Below are positions 28,224-37,671 of a stretch of DNA of 64,000 bases, piece by piece (position 1 is the stretch's first letter; each line of letters begins with the position of its first letter). Both the position numbers and the translations under genes were made by a program. The notes beneath the pieces are model-generated. The model was not told the origin of the DNA. It did not search any database and saw only the letters and a list, made by a program, of their open reading frames with translations. This DNA comes from an uncultured Planctomycetia bacterium (lineage in GTDB: Bacteria; Omnitrophota; Gorgyraeia; Tantalellales; Tantalellaceae). The stretch lies in NCBI GenBank assembly GCA_964409365.1, contig CAYPCX010000001.1, positions 202,075 through 266,074 of the forward strand, in the 5' to 3' direction.

Positions 28224-29486
28224 GTGACTGGCAAGCTCAAGTACAGATCATTGAGAGGCATGCCGGATGTCCTTCCCGAGAACGCGGCCCTTATGAGCTG
28301 GGCCGAGGGAAAGGCCCGGGAGGTCTTCCGGGTGTTCGGTTACGAGGAGATACGAACGCCTCTTCTGGAAGAGACGGAAGTCTTCACCCGCAGCATAGGC
28401 GAAGATACCGATATCGTGGAAAAGGAGATGTATTCCTTTTCCGACAGGGGAGGGAAGAGTGTCTCCCTGCGGCCCGAGGGAACGGCTTCCGTGATCCGGG
28501 CATATATTGAACACGGGTGGCATAAGGAGGCTGACCTTGTGAAGCTTTTTTATGCCGGTCCCATGTTCCGGGGGGAACGTCCTCAGAAGGGCCGGCTCAG
28601 GCAGTTCCATCAAATAGGCGCCGAGATCATCGGCGGTTCTGACCCGTACATCGATGCCGAGCTCATTTTCAACCTTGACGTGCTTCTCAGGACACTCGAG
28701 GTGGATGATTTCACTATACTTTTGAATTCACTGGGCTGTGTCAAGGACCGTGAGCGTTACAAGAAGGCCCTTTCGGCATATCTGGAAAAAAAGATGTCAC
28801 GGCTTTGCGATGACTGCAAGCGCAGGGCCGGGACCAACGTCCTGCGCGTCCTGGACTGTAAAAGGGAAGGGTGCCGGGACGTCGTGAAGAACGCGCCGGG
28901 AGTGCTGGATCACCTGTGCGGTGAATGCCTCAAGGACTACGAGACCCTTAAAAAGGTCCTTTCGGACGCGGGCGTCAGCTTTCGGGAAAAAAAGGACATG
29001 GTAAGAGGGCTCGATTACTATACCCGGACCATTTTCGAGGTCGTCCATCCCGCTCTGGGTTCGCAGGATGCCATAGCGGCCGGGGGCAGATATGATAACC
29101 TGACCGAACAGATGGGCGGACCCGACGTAGGGGCGACAGGGTACGCGATAGGCCTCGAAAGGCTGTTTCTGATCATCGGGAAGAAGGGTGTCCCGCCCGC
29201 GCGAGCGGGAGTACTTGTGATACCGGTAGAGGAAAAGGCGCGCATGGAAGCTTTCCGTATCACGAGACATCTACGCATTTCAGGTGTACCTTCCGAGATG
29301 GACCATTCCGGAAGGTCGCTGAAAGGGCAGATGCGCAAGGCCCATAAAGAGGGGAGAAGGTTCGTTATACTGCTCGGAGAGGATGAGATCAGAGAAGCGA
29401 GAGTGCTCGTCAAGGACATGGAAGCCGGCGAGCAGAAAGAACTGTCCCTGGACGAAGCGACCGTTTATCTGAAGGAAAAACTGTGA
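28224..29486 (+). CDS. hisS: Histidine--tRNA ligase
   Basis: GTG start. Class-II motifs (LRPEGTA, FHQIGAE, GGGRYD) and a C-terminal anticodon-binding domain. Length is 420 aa. Confidence 0.9.
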   Translation: MTGKLKYRSLRGMPDVLPENAALMSWAEGKAREVFRVFGYEEIRTPLLEETEVFTRSIGEDTDIVEKEMYSFSDRGGKSVSLRPEGTASVIRAYIEHGWHKEADLVKLFYAGPMFRGERPQKGRLRQFHQIGAEIIGGSDPYIDAELIFNLDVLLRTLEVDDFTILLNSLGCVKDRERYKKALSAYLEKKMSRLCDDCKRRAGTNVLRVLDCKREGCRDVVKNAPGVLDHLCGECLKDYETLKKVLSDAGVSFREKKDMVRGLDYYTRTIFEVVHPALGSQDAIAAGGRYDNLTEQMGGPDVGATGYAIGLERLFLIIGKKGVPPARAGVLVIPVEEKARMEAFRITRHLRISGVPSEMDHSGRSLKGQMRKAHKEGRRFVILLGEDEIREARVLVKDMEAGEQKELSLDEATVYLKEKL

Positions 29487-29565
29487 TTTGGTCCGCGGTT
29501 TATGGTCTACAACCTGTGGGCTGGCAACTGTGAACAGTGGACAATAAGTTGTTATAAAAGGGAAC

Positions 29566-31358
29566 GGATGATACGCACACACACTTGCGGTGAATTAACG
29601 GCAAAGGACATCAAAAGGGATGTCGTGCTTTGCGGGTGGATAGTCGCCAGAAGGGATCACGGCGAGATAATCTTCATGGACCTCTGGGACAAGCACGGCA
29701 TGACGCAGATCGTCTTTGACCCCGAAGAGAACAAGACAGCTCATGAAAAAGCCCATCAGCTGCGCAATGAGTACTGCGTGAAGATCTATGGCAAGGTCGC
29801 TAAAAGGCCCGAAGGCACGATCAACCCGAAAATAACGACAGGCGAGATCGAAATAGACGTGGACAAAATAGAAGTTCTTTCCGAATCCGACACGACCCCG
29901 TTCGAGATAAGGGAAGACTGGGGAAAGAAGAATATCTCGGAAGAGGTCCGTCTCAAGTACAGGTATCTGGACCTCAGACGTCCCTCGATGCTGGAGAGGC
30001 TCCGCATAAGGCATAAGGTCTGCAAGTCTTTCTCCGATTTCCTTGACGGGGAGGGTTTTATATCGGTGGAAACGCCCATGCTCACCAAGTCCACCCCGGA
30101 AGGAGCAAGGGATTATCTGGTGCCCTGCAGGATACAGCAGGGCAGTTTCTACGCGCTTCCGCAGTCGCCGCAGATATTCAAACAGCTTCTCATGGTAGGG
30201 GGGGTCGAAAAATATTTCCAGATAGTCAGATGTTTCCGCGATGAGGATCTCCGCGCCGACAGACAACCGGAGTTCACGCAGCTCGACATGGAGATGTCGT
30301 TCGTCGAACAGGACGACATTTTCGACGTTTGCGAACGCATGTTCAAAAAGCTTTTCAAGGACGTAGCGGGAGTGGATATAAAGATCCCTTTCCGGAGGAT
30401 GGATTATGACGAAGCGATGGACCGTTACGGCAGCGATAAACCGGACACGCGTTTCGATCTTTTCCTGCATGACCTGGCCGGGGAGGTGAAAGATTGCGAT
30501 TTCAAGATATTCAGGGACGTCCTCGCCGCGGGAGGCAGGGTGATGGGGCTCGCCGCGCCGGGTTACGGCGGGATAAGCAGGAAAGAGATAGATGACCTTA
30601 CTTCTTTTGCCGCCGATCACGAAGCCCGGGGGCTGGCGTATTTCAAGGTGGAAGAAAACGGACTCGTTTCCCCGGTCGCGAAGTTCTTCTCTAAAGGAAC
30701 GCTTGAGGCCCTGCGCGAGAGGACCGGCGCGAAGACGGGCGACATGATATTCATGGTCGCCGACGCCGACAAAGATATCGCGCGCGGAGCGCTCGGCGCT
30801 CTAAGGCTCAAGATCGGCAGGGACAAGGGTTTAATAGACCAGGACAGGTTCGACCTTCTCTGGGTGGTTAACTTCCCGCTTTTCAAGTGGAACAGGGATG
30901 AGAAGAGATGGGTATCGGAACACCACCCGTTCACGTTGTTCAGGGAAGAGGACATGGAGTTCCTGGACAAGGGCGAGCTCGATAAGGTCAGGTCGCTGTC
31001 CTATGACTGCGTCCTGAACGGGAGCGAGATAGCTTCGGGCAGCATAAGGATACACAGGAGGGACATACAAAAGAAGATATTCGACACGCTCGGCCTGACA
31101 AAGGAGGAGTGCGAAGTAAAGTTCGGCTTCCTGCTGGAAGCCTTCAAGTATGGCCCTCCTCCGCACGGGGGGCTGGCTTTCGGTATAGACAGGCTGATAA
31201 CCATGTTCACGAAGGACCAGTCTATCCGTGAGGTCATCCCGTTCCCCAAGACGCAGAAAGGCGTTTGCCCTCTTACCGGGGCGCCGACACCGGTGGATAA
31301 CAAACAGCTCGGGGAATTGGGACTGAAGTTAGTAAAAGCGAGAAACAATGACAAATGA
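29566..31358 (+). CDS. aspS: Aspartate--tRNA ligase
   Basis: N-terminal OB fold (RTHTCGEL...GWI), the FRDEDLRADRQPEFTQLD motif 2 and the GGLAFGIDRL motif 3. The ATG at 29566 is preferred over the upstream ORF-track start. Confidence 0.9.
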
Positions 31359-31404
31359 CAAAATCCAAATGACAAAAGTTTTGTCATTTGTGCTTTGATA
31401 TCTG
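31346..31404. repeat. AATGACA heptamer repeats plus an AAATGACAAAAG/TTTTGTCATTT hairpin, overlapping the aspS stop
   Basis: aatgacaaatgacaaaatccaaatgacaaaagttttgtcatttgtg. Confidence 0.5.
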
Positions 31405-31425
31405 TCATTAACAAAGGGGGACGGT

Positions 31426-31797
31426 ATGCGTAAGATATTCCTTCTGTTAATAGTTGCAGGCGTTGTGACGGCGGTTTTTTCGGGTGTTAAAGCCGATGCT
31501 ATAGACATTTATACCTTCAAGAAAGACCGGGTGGACCAGACCATGGGCGGCAACAGGGGATACATAAGCGGTAAACCCGCCGACATGAAACCCGAAACGC
31601 TGCACAGGAAAAGGACGCTGATAGGCGTGGACATAGAGCTTCCCTCGGGCAGGTCTTCCGCTTCCGACGAAGAGAGCGAACCGGCCACTGAAAAAGAACC
31701 GGTGCAGAAGAAAGCCGCGCCCGCGCCGAAAAAGGAACAGGTCAAAAAGACAGTTGTCGTCGACCAGGAATTCGAGGAAGAAGAATATATAAAATGA
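31426..31797 (+). CDS. Hypothetical secreted protein
   Basis: N-terminal signal peptide MRKIFLLLIVAGVVTAVFSGVKA. The C-terminus is acidic and low-complexity. Confidence 0.5.
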   Translation: MRKIFLLLIVAGVVTAVFSGVKADAIDIYTFKKDRVDQTMGGNRGYISGKPADMKPETLHRKRTLIGVDIELPSGRSSASDEESEPATEKEPVQKKAAPAPKKEQVKKTVVVDQEFEEEEYIK

Positions 31798-31870
31798 CAA
31801 GGTCGGGACAGGTTCTCCGCAGCAGCATAAATTGCGGGAGGAAACCAGTCCCGTTATTTTCAGTTCTATA

Positions 31871-32830
31871 ATGGCGGAAGCAACGATACAGATCAATAAC
31901 GATTCCGAGGCTAAGGCCCTTTTCGGGAAACACGACGAGAACCTGAAAAAGATAGAAAAGGCTTTCGGCGTGACCACGTCCTTTCGCGACGGGACGCTTA
32001 AGCTCTCGTCCGAAGACAGGGATTCCCTGAAGAAGGCCGAAAATATACTGAATGAATTCCTGGCCGTAGTGAGGGAAGGCGTGCACCTTTCCCCGCGGGA
32101 CGTAAAATACGCCATCAAGAACAAGAACATTTCCATGAAGCTGCATGACATCTACCTGGACAGGATAGAGGTCTTTTCCAAACGGGCGTACGTGACGCCC
32201 AGGAGCGAAGGACAGAAACGTTACATAGACGCGATAAGGAAACACGACATAGTCTTTGGCATCGGTCCCGCGGGTACGGGCAAGACGTATCTGGCCATGG
32301 CCATGGCCGTCAACGCTCTCAGGAAGAACATCGTTTCGCGTATAATCCTGACCCGCCCCGCGGTCGAAGCCGGCGAGAGCCTGGGATTTCTGCCCGGGGA
32401 CATCTACGAGAAGGTCAATCCCTATCTCAGGCCGCTTTATGACGCGCTTTACGACATGGTGGAACCCCATATGATAAAGGATTATCTCGACAGGGGTATA
32501 ATAGAGGTGGCCCCGCTCGCGTTCATGAGGGGGAGGACTCTCAACGATTCGTTCATCATCCTGGATGAGGCTCAGAACTCGACACCCGAACAGATGAAGA
32601 TGTTCCTCACCCGCATAGGTTTCGATTCAAAGACGGTCATAACGGGAGATGTCACGCAGAGCGACCTTCCCAAAGGAAGGAAGTCGGGTCTTTTACACGT
32701 GAAATCGCTCCTGGAGCGTATAGATGGCATAGAGTTCGTCATGCTGAAAGGTCTGGACGTGGTGAGGCATGAACTGGTCCAGAAGATAATAAAGGCGTAC
32801 ACGGAGGAAGCGGGATCCGGAGATGAATAA
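31871..32830 (+). CDS. phoH: PhoH-like ATPase
   Basis: Walker A GIGPAGTGKTYLAMAMAV and the PhoH C-terminal domain. The ATG at 31871 is preferred (the TTG at 31832 is possible). Confidence 0.85.
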   Translation: MAEATIQINNDSEAKALFGKHDENLKKIEKAFGVTTSFRDGTLKLSSEDRDSLKKAENILNEFLAVVREGVHLSPRDVKYAIKNKNISMKLHDIYLDRIEVFSKRAYVTPRSEGQKRYIDAIRKHDIVFGIGPAGTGKTYLAMAMAVNALRKNIVSRIILTRPAVEAGESLGFLPGDIYEKVNPYLRPLYDALYDMVEPHMIKDYLDRGIIEVAPLAFMRGRTLNDSFIILDEAQNSTPEQMKMFLTRIGFDSKTVITGDVTQSDLPKGRKSGLLHVKSLLERIDGIEFVMLKGLDVVRHELVQKIIKAYTEEAGSGDE

Positions 32831-35084
32831 AGAACTGAAAAAGCAGGGAGTAGAAGGCATAGTGGGCATTCTGAAAAGGAATGAAACGTTCTCGATACTT
32901 TTGATATTTTTGTTCCTGGTGGCGGCCCTTTCCAGCATATTCATCAGTCCGCGTTTTTACCATGGTATCGTGAACGAGGGCGATGTCGCTCTCAAAGAAG
33001 TATTCGCGCCGTATGATTTCACTTATTTTTGGGGAGTGGACGAGGAGGGAACACAAAAAGCCAGAAAAGAAGCAGTAGAAGCGGTACCATATTTTCTGTA
33101 TCGCGATATCGACTCCGAGGAAAAAACAAGATCGCGGCTGGGCAGGTTCTTCGACGCCCTGAAACAGCAGAAGCAGGAGGAGGCCGCTCTGGACGTGAAA
33201 ATAGCGGCCGTTAAAAAAGAGGGTGGAACAGACTTGTCCGACAGGGACATCCGGTCGCTCATGGATCACCCGGATGCGGACGCCCTGAGGAGCACGACCC
33301 TTGAGATCCTCGACAAGATCTACCTGCTTGGTTTTATCGGCAAAAACAATATCGAGATGCTTAAGAAAGAGCAGGCGGAGAAGGTCATTATATTTGATAG
33401 GGCTACGGGTGTGTATGTAGAACGCGACGCGCAGGACCTTCTCGACGAGGACAGGATGAAGGAGACCGTGCGCGAGATGGTCACGGAAGACCTTGACGCG
33501 AACAGGAAGACCAAACAGGCGGACGAGGCTCTGCTGACCGGGTACATATCGCCGAACCTCGAGCCGGACGAGAAGACCACTTTGGACGAGAGGGAAGAGG
33601 CTCTTAATAAGACAGAGCCGATATACAAGAGCTGGACCGTGAAGAAGAACGAGCTCATCATCGGTAAAGGCATGAGGGTAAGCGCCCGGCATGTCGCGCA
33701 GATAACGCAGATAAGGAGCATTTTTAGGCCCGGCAAGTCCCCGGTGTTCTTTTTCGGCGTACTCCTTCTTTTTGCCCTCATGGGCCTTGCCGCGGGCATT
33801 TTTACGGCCTTTAACCGGAAAATGAATTTCCTGAGGAACACCAAGGAGATCGCGATCGTCCTTATCAATATGCTGCTGGTTATCGTGATCTCGGATTTCA
33901 TAGTGCAGTCCCCGCAGCCCAGTTATTTCATCCCGATGGCGAGCGTAGGAATGCTTATCACGCTTCTTGTGGGTTTCAATATAGGTTTCTTGAGCGTGGT
34001 CATCATGAGCATACTGATCTCTGTCCTTGTCGGCGGGAAGGTGGAACTGGCATTCGTACTGTTCATAGGGAGCGTAGTAGGTATGTTCGCCGTCAGGGAG
34101 GCGCGGCGCCGCGCGAATATATTGTGGGCCGGCCTTTTTGTGGGCCTGGCGAAGTTCCTCGCGATAGTCAGTATTGGCCTCATAAACAACATGGATATCG
34201 ATTTTTTCCTGGACGACGGCGTTTGGGGCATAGCCAGCGGCATGTTGTCGGGTTTCATTGTCATGGGTCTTCTCCCCGTGTTCGAACATTTCTTTAAGGT
34301 GCCCACTAATATCAGCCTGCTGGAGTTATCCGACCTTAATCATCCGCTTCTCAGGAAACTGGCGGTCGAGGCCCCGGGCACATACCATCACAGTATAATG
34401 GTAGGGAACCTCGCCGAGGCGGCCTGTGACGCGATAGGGGCGAACAGCCTGCTGGCGCGCGTGGGCGCATATTATCATGATATCGGCAAGATGACCAAGG
34501 CGGAATATTTCAGCGAGAACGAGATGGGCGCCGGCAGCAAGCATTCCAAGCTCACGCCGCAGATGAGCGCGCTTATCATAGGTAAGCACGTGAAGGAAGG
34601 CGTCGAGATGGCCAATAAGTATAAGCTCAACAAGACGATAATCGACTTCATCAACCAGCACCACGGCACCAGTCTGATACAGTATTTTTACCAAAAGGCC
34701 ATCGAAAAATCCCCGCAGGGTGAAGAGCTTAACGAAGCGGTTTACCGTTATCCCGGGCCCAGGCCGCAGACGAAGGAAAGCGCCATAGTGCTTCTCGCGG
34801 ACTCGGTAGAGGCATCGAGCAGGTCTCTTGAGGAACCGACCCCTTCGAGCATAAGGAATCTCGTAAGGAAGATAGTGAACAACAAGTTCATAGACGGCCA
34901 GCTTGATGAGTGCGACCTCACGCTCAAGGACATGCACAAGATAGCGGAGAGCTTCGTGAGGGTGCTCATGGGTTTTTTCCACACGCGGCTAAGCTATCCC
35001 GAAGACGTGAAAAAGGACAATAGCGGACAACCAGATGAGAATAACGGTAAACTGCGAAAACAGAAACCGCCGAAGAAAAGTTGA
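32823..35084 (+). CDS. 7TM-receptor / HD-domain phosphohydrolase (PgpH/YqfF-like cyclic-di-AMP phosphodiesterase family)
   Basis: An extracellular N-domain, 7 TM helices and a C-terminal HD domain (HHSIMVGNLAE...YYHDIGKM). Length is 753 aa. Confidence 0.85.
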   Translation: MNKELKKQGVEGIVGILKRNETFSILLIFLFLVAALSSIFISPRFYHGIVNEGDVALKEVFAPYDFTYFWGVDEEGTQKARKEAVEAVPYFLYRDIDSEEKTRSRLGRFFDALKQQKQEEAALDVKIAAVKKEGGTDLSDRDIRSLMDHPDADALRSTTLEILDKIYLLGFIGKNNIEMLKKEQAEKVIIFDRATGVYVERDAQDLLDEDRMKETVREMVTEDLDANRKTKQADEALLTGYISPNLEPDEKTTLDEREEALNKTEPIYKSWTVKKNELIIGKGMRVSARHVAQITQIRSIFRPGKSPVFFFGVLLLFALMGLAAGIFTAFNRKMNFLRNTKEIAIVLINMLLVIVISDFIVQSPQPSYFIPMASVGMLITLLVGFNIGFLSVVIMSILISVLVGGKVELAFVLFIGSVVGMFAVREARRRANILWAGLFVGLAKFLAIVSIGLINNMDIDFFLDDGVWGIASGMLSGFIVMGLLPVFEHFFKVPTNISLLELSDLNHPLLRKLAVEAPGTYHHSIMVGNLAEAACDAIGANSLLARVGAYYHDIGKMTKAEYFSENEMGAGSKHSKLTPQMSALIIGKHVKEGVEMANKYKLNKTIIDFINQHHGTSLIQYFYQKAIEKSPQGEELNEAVYRYPGPRPQTKESAIVLLADSVEASSRSLEEPTPSSIRNLVRKIVNNKFIDGQLDECDLTLKDMHKIAESFVRVLMGFFHTRLSYPEDVKKDNSGQPDENNGKLRKQKPPKKS

Positions 35085-35496
35085 TCTTTCAAAAGCGAAG
35101 AAAGTAGCCGAGACCGTATTGAAGACCTTCGGCAAAAAAGACGCCGTGGTGAACATTGTCTTTATCAGCAACCAGAAGATAAGGGCGCTCAACCGCATGT
35201 ATCTCGGCAAGGACTCTTCGACGGATGTCCTTGCCTTCCCGAGCGGGGATACTGCGGGTCTCAGGTCTCAGGTCTCAGGTCTCAGGAAAGGTTTTCTGGG
35301 GGACGTGGCGATATCGTCGGACAAAGCGGCCGGGAACGCCGGGGAATACGGCACTGCTTTCAAAGAGGAAATAGCCCTTTACGTGATACACGGGGTCCTG
35401 CACCTCCTGGGGTACGATGACAGGACGAAAAAAAGCAGAAAAGTTTTACAGCGAAAAGAACATGAGCTCCTACAAAAAGCAAAAGCAGTCATATAG
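35035..35496 (+). CDS. ybeY: Endoribonuclease YbeY (rRNA maturation factor)
   Basis: HGVLHLLGYDD zinc-binding motif. It contains an in-frame (GGTCTCA)x4 heptamer insertion (GLRSQVSGLRKG). Confidence 0.85.
   Translation: MRITVNCENRNRRRKVDLSKAKKVAETVLKTFGKKDAVVNIVFISNQKIRALNRMYLGKDSSTDVLAFPSGDTAGLRSQVSGLRKGFLGDVAISSDKAAGNAGEYGTAFKEEIALYVIHGVLHLLGYDDRTKKSRKVLQRKEHELLQKAKAVI
35257..35286. repeat. (GGTCTCA)4 heptanucleotide tandem repeat inside the ybeY CDS
   Basis: gggtctcaggtctcaggtctcaggtctcagg. The same motif occurs in intergenic CAGGT-family elements. Confidence 0.7.
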
Positions 35497-36190
35497 AGGC
35501 GACACTTTTTTCCACAGCGTCTCCGCGGCCCTGGAGGGGATAGTGCACGTGCTCAAGCAGGAGCGCAGTATGCGCCTGCATTTTCTCATAGGTTTTCTTG
35601 TCGTCATAATGGGCATCTACCTGGGGCTGAGCTCGGTAGAGTTCATGATCCTCTGTCTCGCCGTGAGCTTTGTCCTGGTGTCAGAGATGGTCAACACCGC
35701 CATCGAGCATTTTGTGGACATTATGAGGGAAGAGTTCCATCCCGTGGCCAAGATCGTAAAGGATATAGCCGCGGCCGCGGTGTTCGTCAGCGCCGTGAAC
35801 GCGACCATAGTAGGATATTTTCTGATAATAAAACAGCTGGATTTCGGACTGAAGGATTCCTTTCTGAGGATCAAGCAGTCGCCGTGGCATATAACGCTGA
35901 TAGCTCTTCTGATAGTCGTGGGACTGGTGCTTTTTGTTAAAATATTGCGCGGCGAAAGATCGCTCTTGAGGGGCGGAATGCCCAGCGGGCATACCGCCGT
36001 GGCGTTCGCGATATGGACGGCGGTCTCACTGGTGACCGGGAATATCCTGGTGAGCGTGCTGGTGCTTTTGCTTGCCCTTATTATCGCGAGAAGCCGGCTG
36101 ATAAACGGATTGCACACGCTGTGGGAGATCATAGCCGGGGCATTTCTGGGCACTTTGGTGACGCTCTTGGTGTTTCAGTTACTTTCGTAA
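35417..36190 (+). CDS. dgkA: Diacylglycerol/undecaprenol kinase (DgkA) fused to a C-terminal PAP2-family phosphatase domain
   Basis: The N-terminal half matches prokaryotic DgkA (three TM helices; SEMVNTAIE). The C-terminal half carries PAP2 motifs PSGH and SRLINGLHTLWE. The start could be the ATG at 35462. Confidence 0.7.
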   Translation: MTGRKKAEKFYSEKNMSSYKKQKQSYRGDTFFHSVSAALEGIVHVLKQERSMRLHFLIGFLVVIMGIYLGLSSVEFMILCLAVSFVLVSEMVNTAIEHFVDIMREEFHPVAKIVKDIAAAAVFVSAVNATIVGYFLIIKQLDFGLKDSFLRIKQSPWHITLIALLIVVGLVLFVKILRGERSLLRGGMPSGHTAVAFAIWTAVSLVTGNILVSVLVLLLALIIARSRLINGLHTLWEIIAGAFLGTLVTLLVFQLLS

Positions 36191-36220
36191 AGTATCGAGT
36201 ATCAAGTATCAAGTATCAAG
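36191..36220. repeat. (AGTATCR)4 heptanucleotide tandem repeat
   Basis: agtatcgagtatcaagtatcaagtatcaagg, directly after the dgkA stop. Confidence 0.7.
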
Positions 36221-36239
36221 GGTTGAGGAGGAGATAGAG

Positions 36240-36881
36240 ATGAAGAGGATATGGAACAATTTTTTCGTGAGCTTCCTGAACGGGATAGTCATTCTTCTTC
36301 CGGTCGCTATAACGGTACTTATTATCAGGTACCTGGTGATCAAGCTCAACCAGGCGATACTGAACCCGCTTTTGAAAATAATAGCTTTGGATATGCAGGG
36401 AGCGGAAGTATTTTTGGCCAAGGGCGCCATCCTGGTCTTTGTAATAGCCGTTATCGCCCTCATAGGATGGGGCGCCAAGATATTCATAATAAACCGTGTG
36501 TTCGCTTTCGGCGAGGGCATACTGCTCAGGGTACCTATAATGGGAAGGATATACAGAGCCGTGAAACAGATATCCTCCGCGTTTTTGGGGCAGGGCAAGA
36601 CCATATTCAAACAGGTCGTGCTCGTGGAATACCCTCGCAAGGGGCTGTATTCGCTGGGGTTCACGACGGGTATTTCCAGGGGGGAGCTAAGGGATTCTGT
36701 CGGGCAGAGCTGTATCAATGTGTTCGTCCCGACTACGCCGAACCCGACCAGCGGGATATTCATCGTAGTGCCGAAGGATAACATACAGTTCCTCAAGATG
36801 AGCGTGGAAGAGGGCATGAAGATGGTCGTCTCCGGAGGTTCGGTGTCCCCGCCGTACGAAGCGGACAAGGAAGACGAATAG
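36240..36881 (+). CDS. DUF502-family membrane protein
   Basis: Two N-terminal TM helices and a conserved C-terminal region of DUF502 type (inferred from pattern memory). Length is 213 aa. Confidence 0.55.
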   Translation: MKRIWNNFFVSFLNGIVILLPVAITVLIIRYLVIKLNQAILNPLLKIIALDMQGAEVFLAKGAILVFVIAVIALIGWGAKIFIINRVFAFGEGILLRVPIMGRIYRAVKQISSAFLGQGKTIFKQVVLVEYPRKGLYSLGFTTGISRGELRDSVGQSCINVFVPTTPNPTSGIFIVVPKDNIQFLKMSVEEGMKMVVSGGSVSPPYEADKEDE

Positions 36882-36884
36882 AAG

Positions 36885-37652
36885 ATGGCGACGGCCCAGA
36901 GCGCGGAAGGGATCATACTCAGGAAGTATTACCTGAGGGAGACAAGCTACATACTTGTCGTGTTCACGAAGGAATTCGGCAAGATAAAAGGGGTTCTCAA
37001 GGGGATCAGGAACCCATACCCGCAGTTCGCGGGGAACTTCGAGATATTCACGCTTTGCCAGCTGCTCTTTTACAGAAAGAAGAAGAAAGGCATGGACCTT
37101 ATCACCCAGTGCGAGGCGATGGATCTCTTTTACCCCGTGAGAAAAGACATAGAAAGGTTGACATACGCCAGTTATTTTATAGAATTGGTAGAAACGATCA
37201 CCAGCGATCATGATGTCAACGAGGGCCTTTATGAAGTTCTCCTCGAGAGCCTGAAGCTCCTGGCCACCGACTCCAGCCCCAGGCGTGTCGGGAGGATATT
37301 CGAACTTAAACTGCTCGACTCGCTGGGCCTCAGGCCCATGCTTGAGGGATGCGCCGTCTGCGGAAGGGCCGCGGAGGACAAGGTCCGGTTCAGCGCGGCG
37401 AACGGCGGTTTGCTCTGCGGCGGATGCGCGGGATCCGACGAGACGGCTTTTCCCGTATCCAGGGGCGCTGTGAATTTCATGCGCAAGATACTGGTCAGCC
37501 CTATCTATAGGACTGCGCAGATAAAGGTAAGCAGGGAAGTCGGGAAAGAGATCGAAAGGATATTGAAAAGGTTTGTCGGGTATCACGTGGCAAGGCCCGT
37601 AAGGTCGATGAGGTTCCTCGAGCAGCTGCAAAAACAGAGATTGATAAATTAG
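36885..37652 (+). CDS. recO: DNA repair protein RecO
   Basis: N-terminal OB fold and a C-terminal zinc finger (CAVCG...CGGC). Length is 255 aa. Confidence 0.85.
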   Translation: MATAQSAEGIILRKYYLRETSYILVVFTKEFGKIKGVLKGIRNPYPQFAGNFEIFTLCQLLFYRKKKKGMDLITQCEAMDLFYPVRKDIERLTYASYFIELVETITSDHDVNEGLYEVLLESLKLLATDSSPRRVGRIFELKLLDSLGLRPMLEGCAVCGRAAEDKVRFSAANGGLLCGGCAGSDETAFPVSRGAVNFMRKILVSPIYRTAQIKVSREVGKEIERILKRFVGYHVARPVRSMRFLEQLQKQRLIN

Positions 37653-37671
37653 CCGTAGAAGGGCGAAAAAA

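Noticed and set aside
29502-29565. The upstream start for aspS given in the ORF track (MVYNLWAGNCEQWTISCYKRER...).
   Set aside because: The extension has no similarity to AspRS N-termini. The ATG at 29566 gives the canonical start just before the OB fold, so the extra 21 residues are probably not translated.
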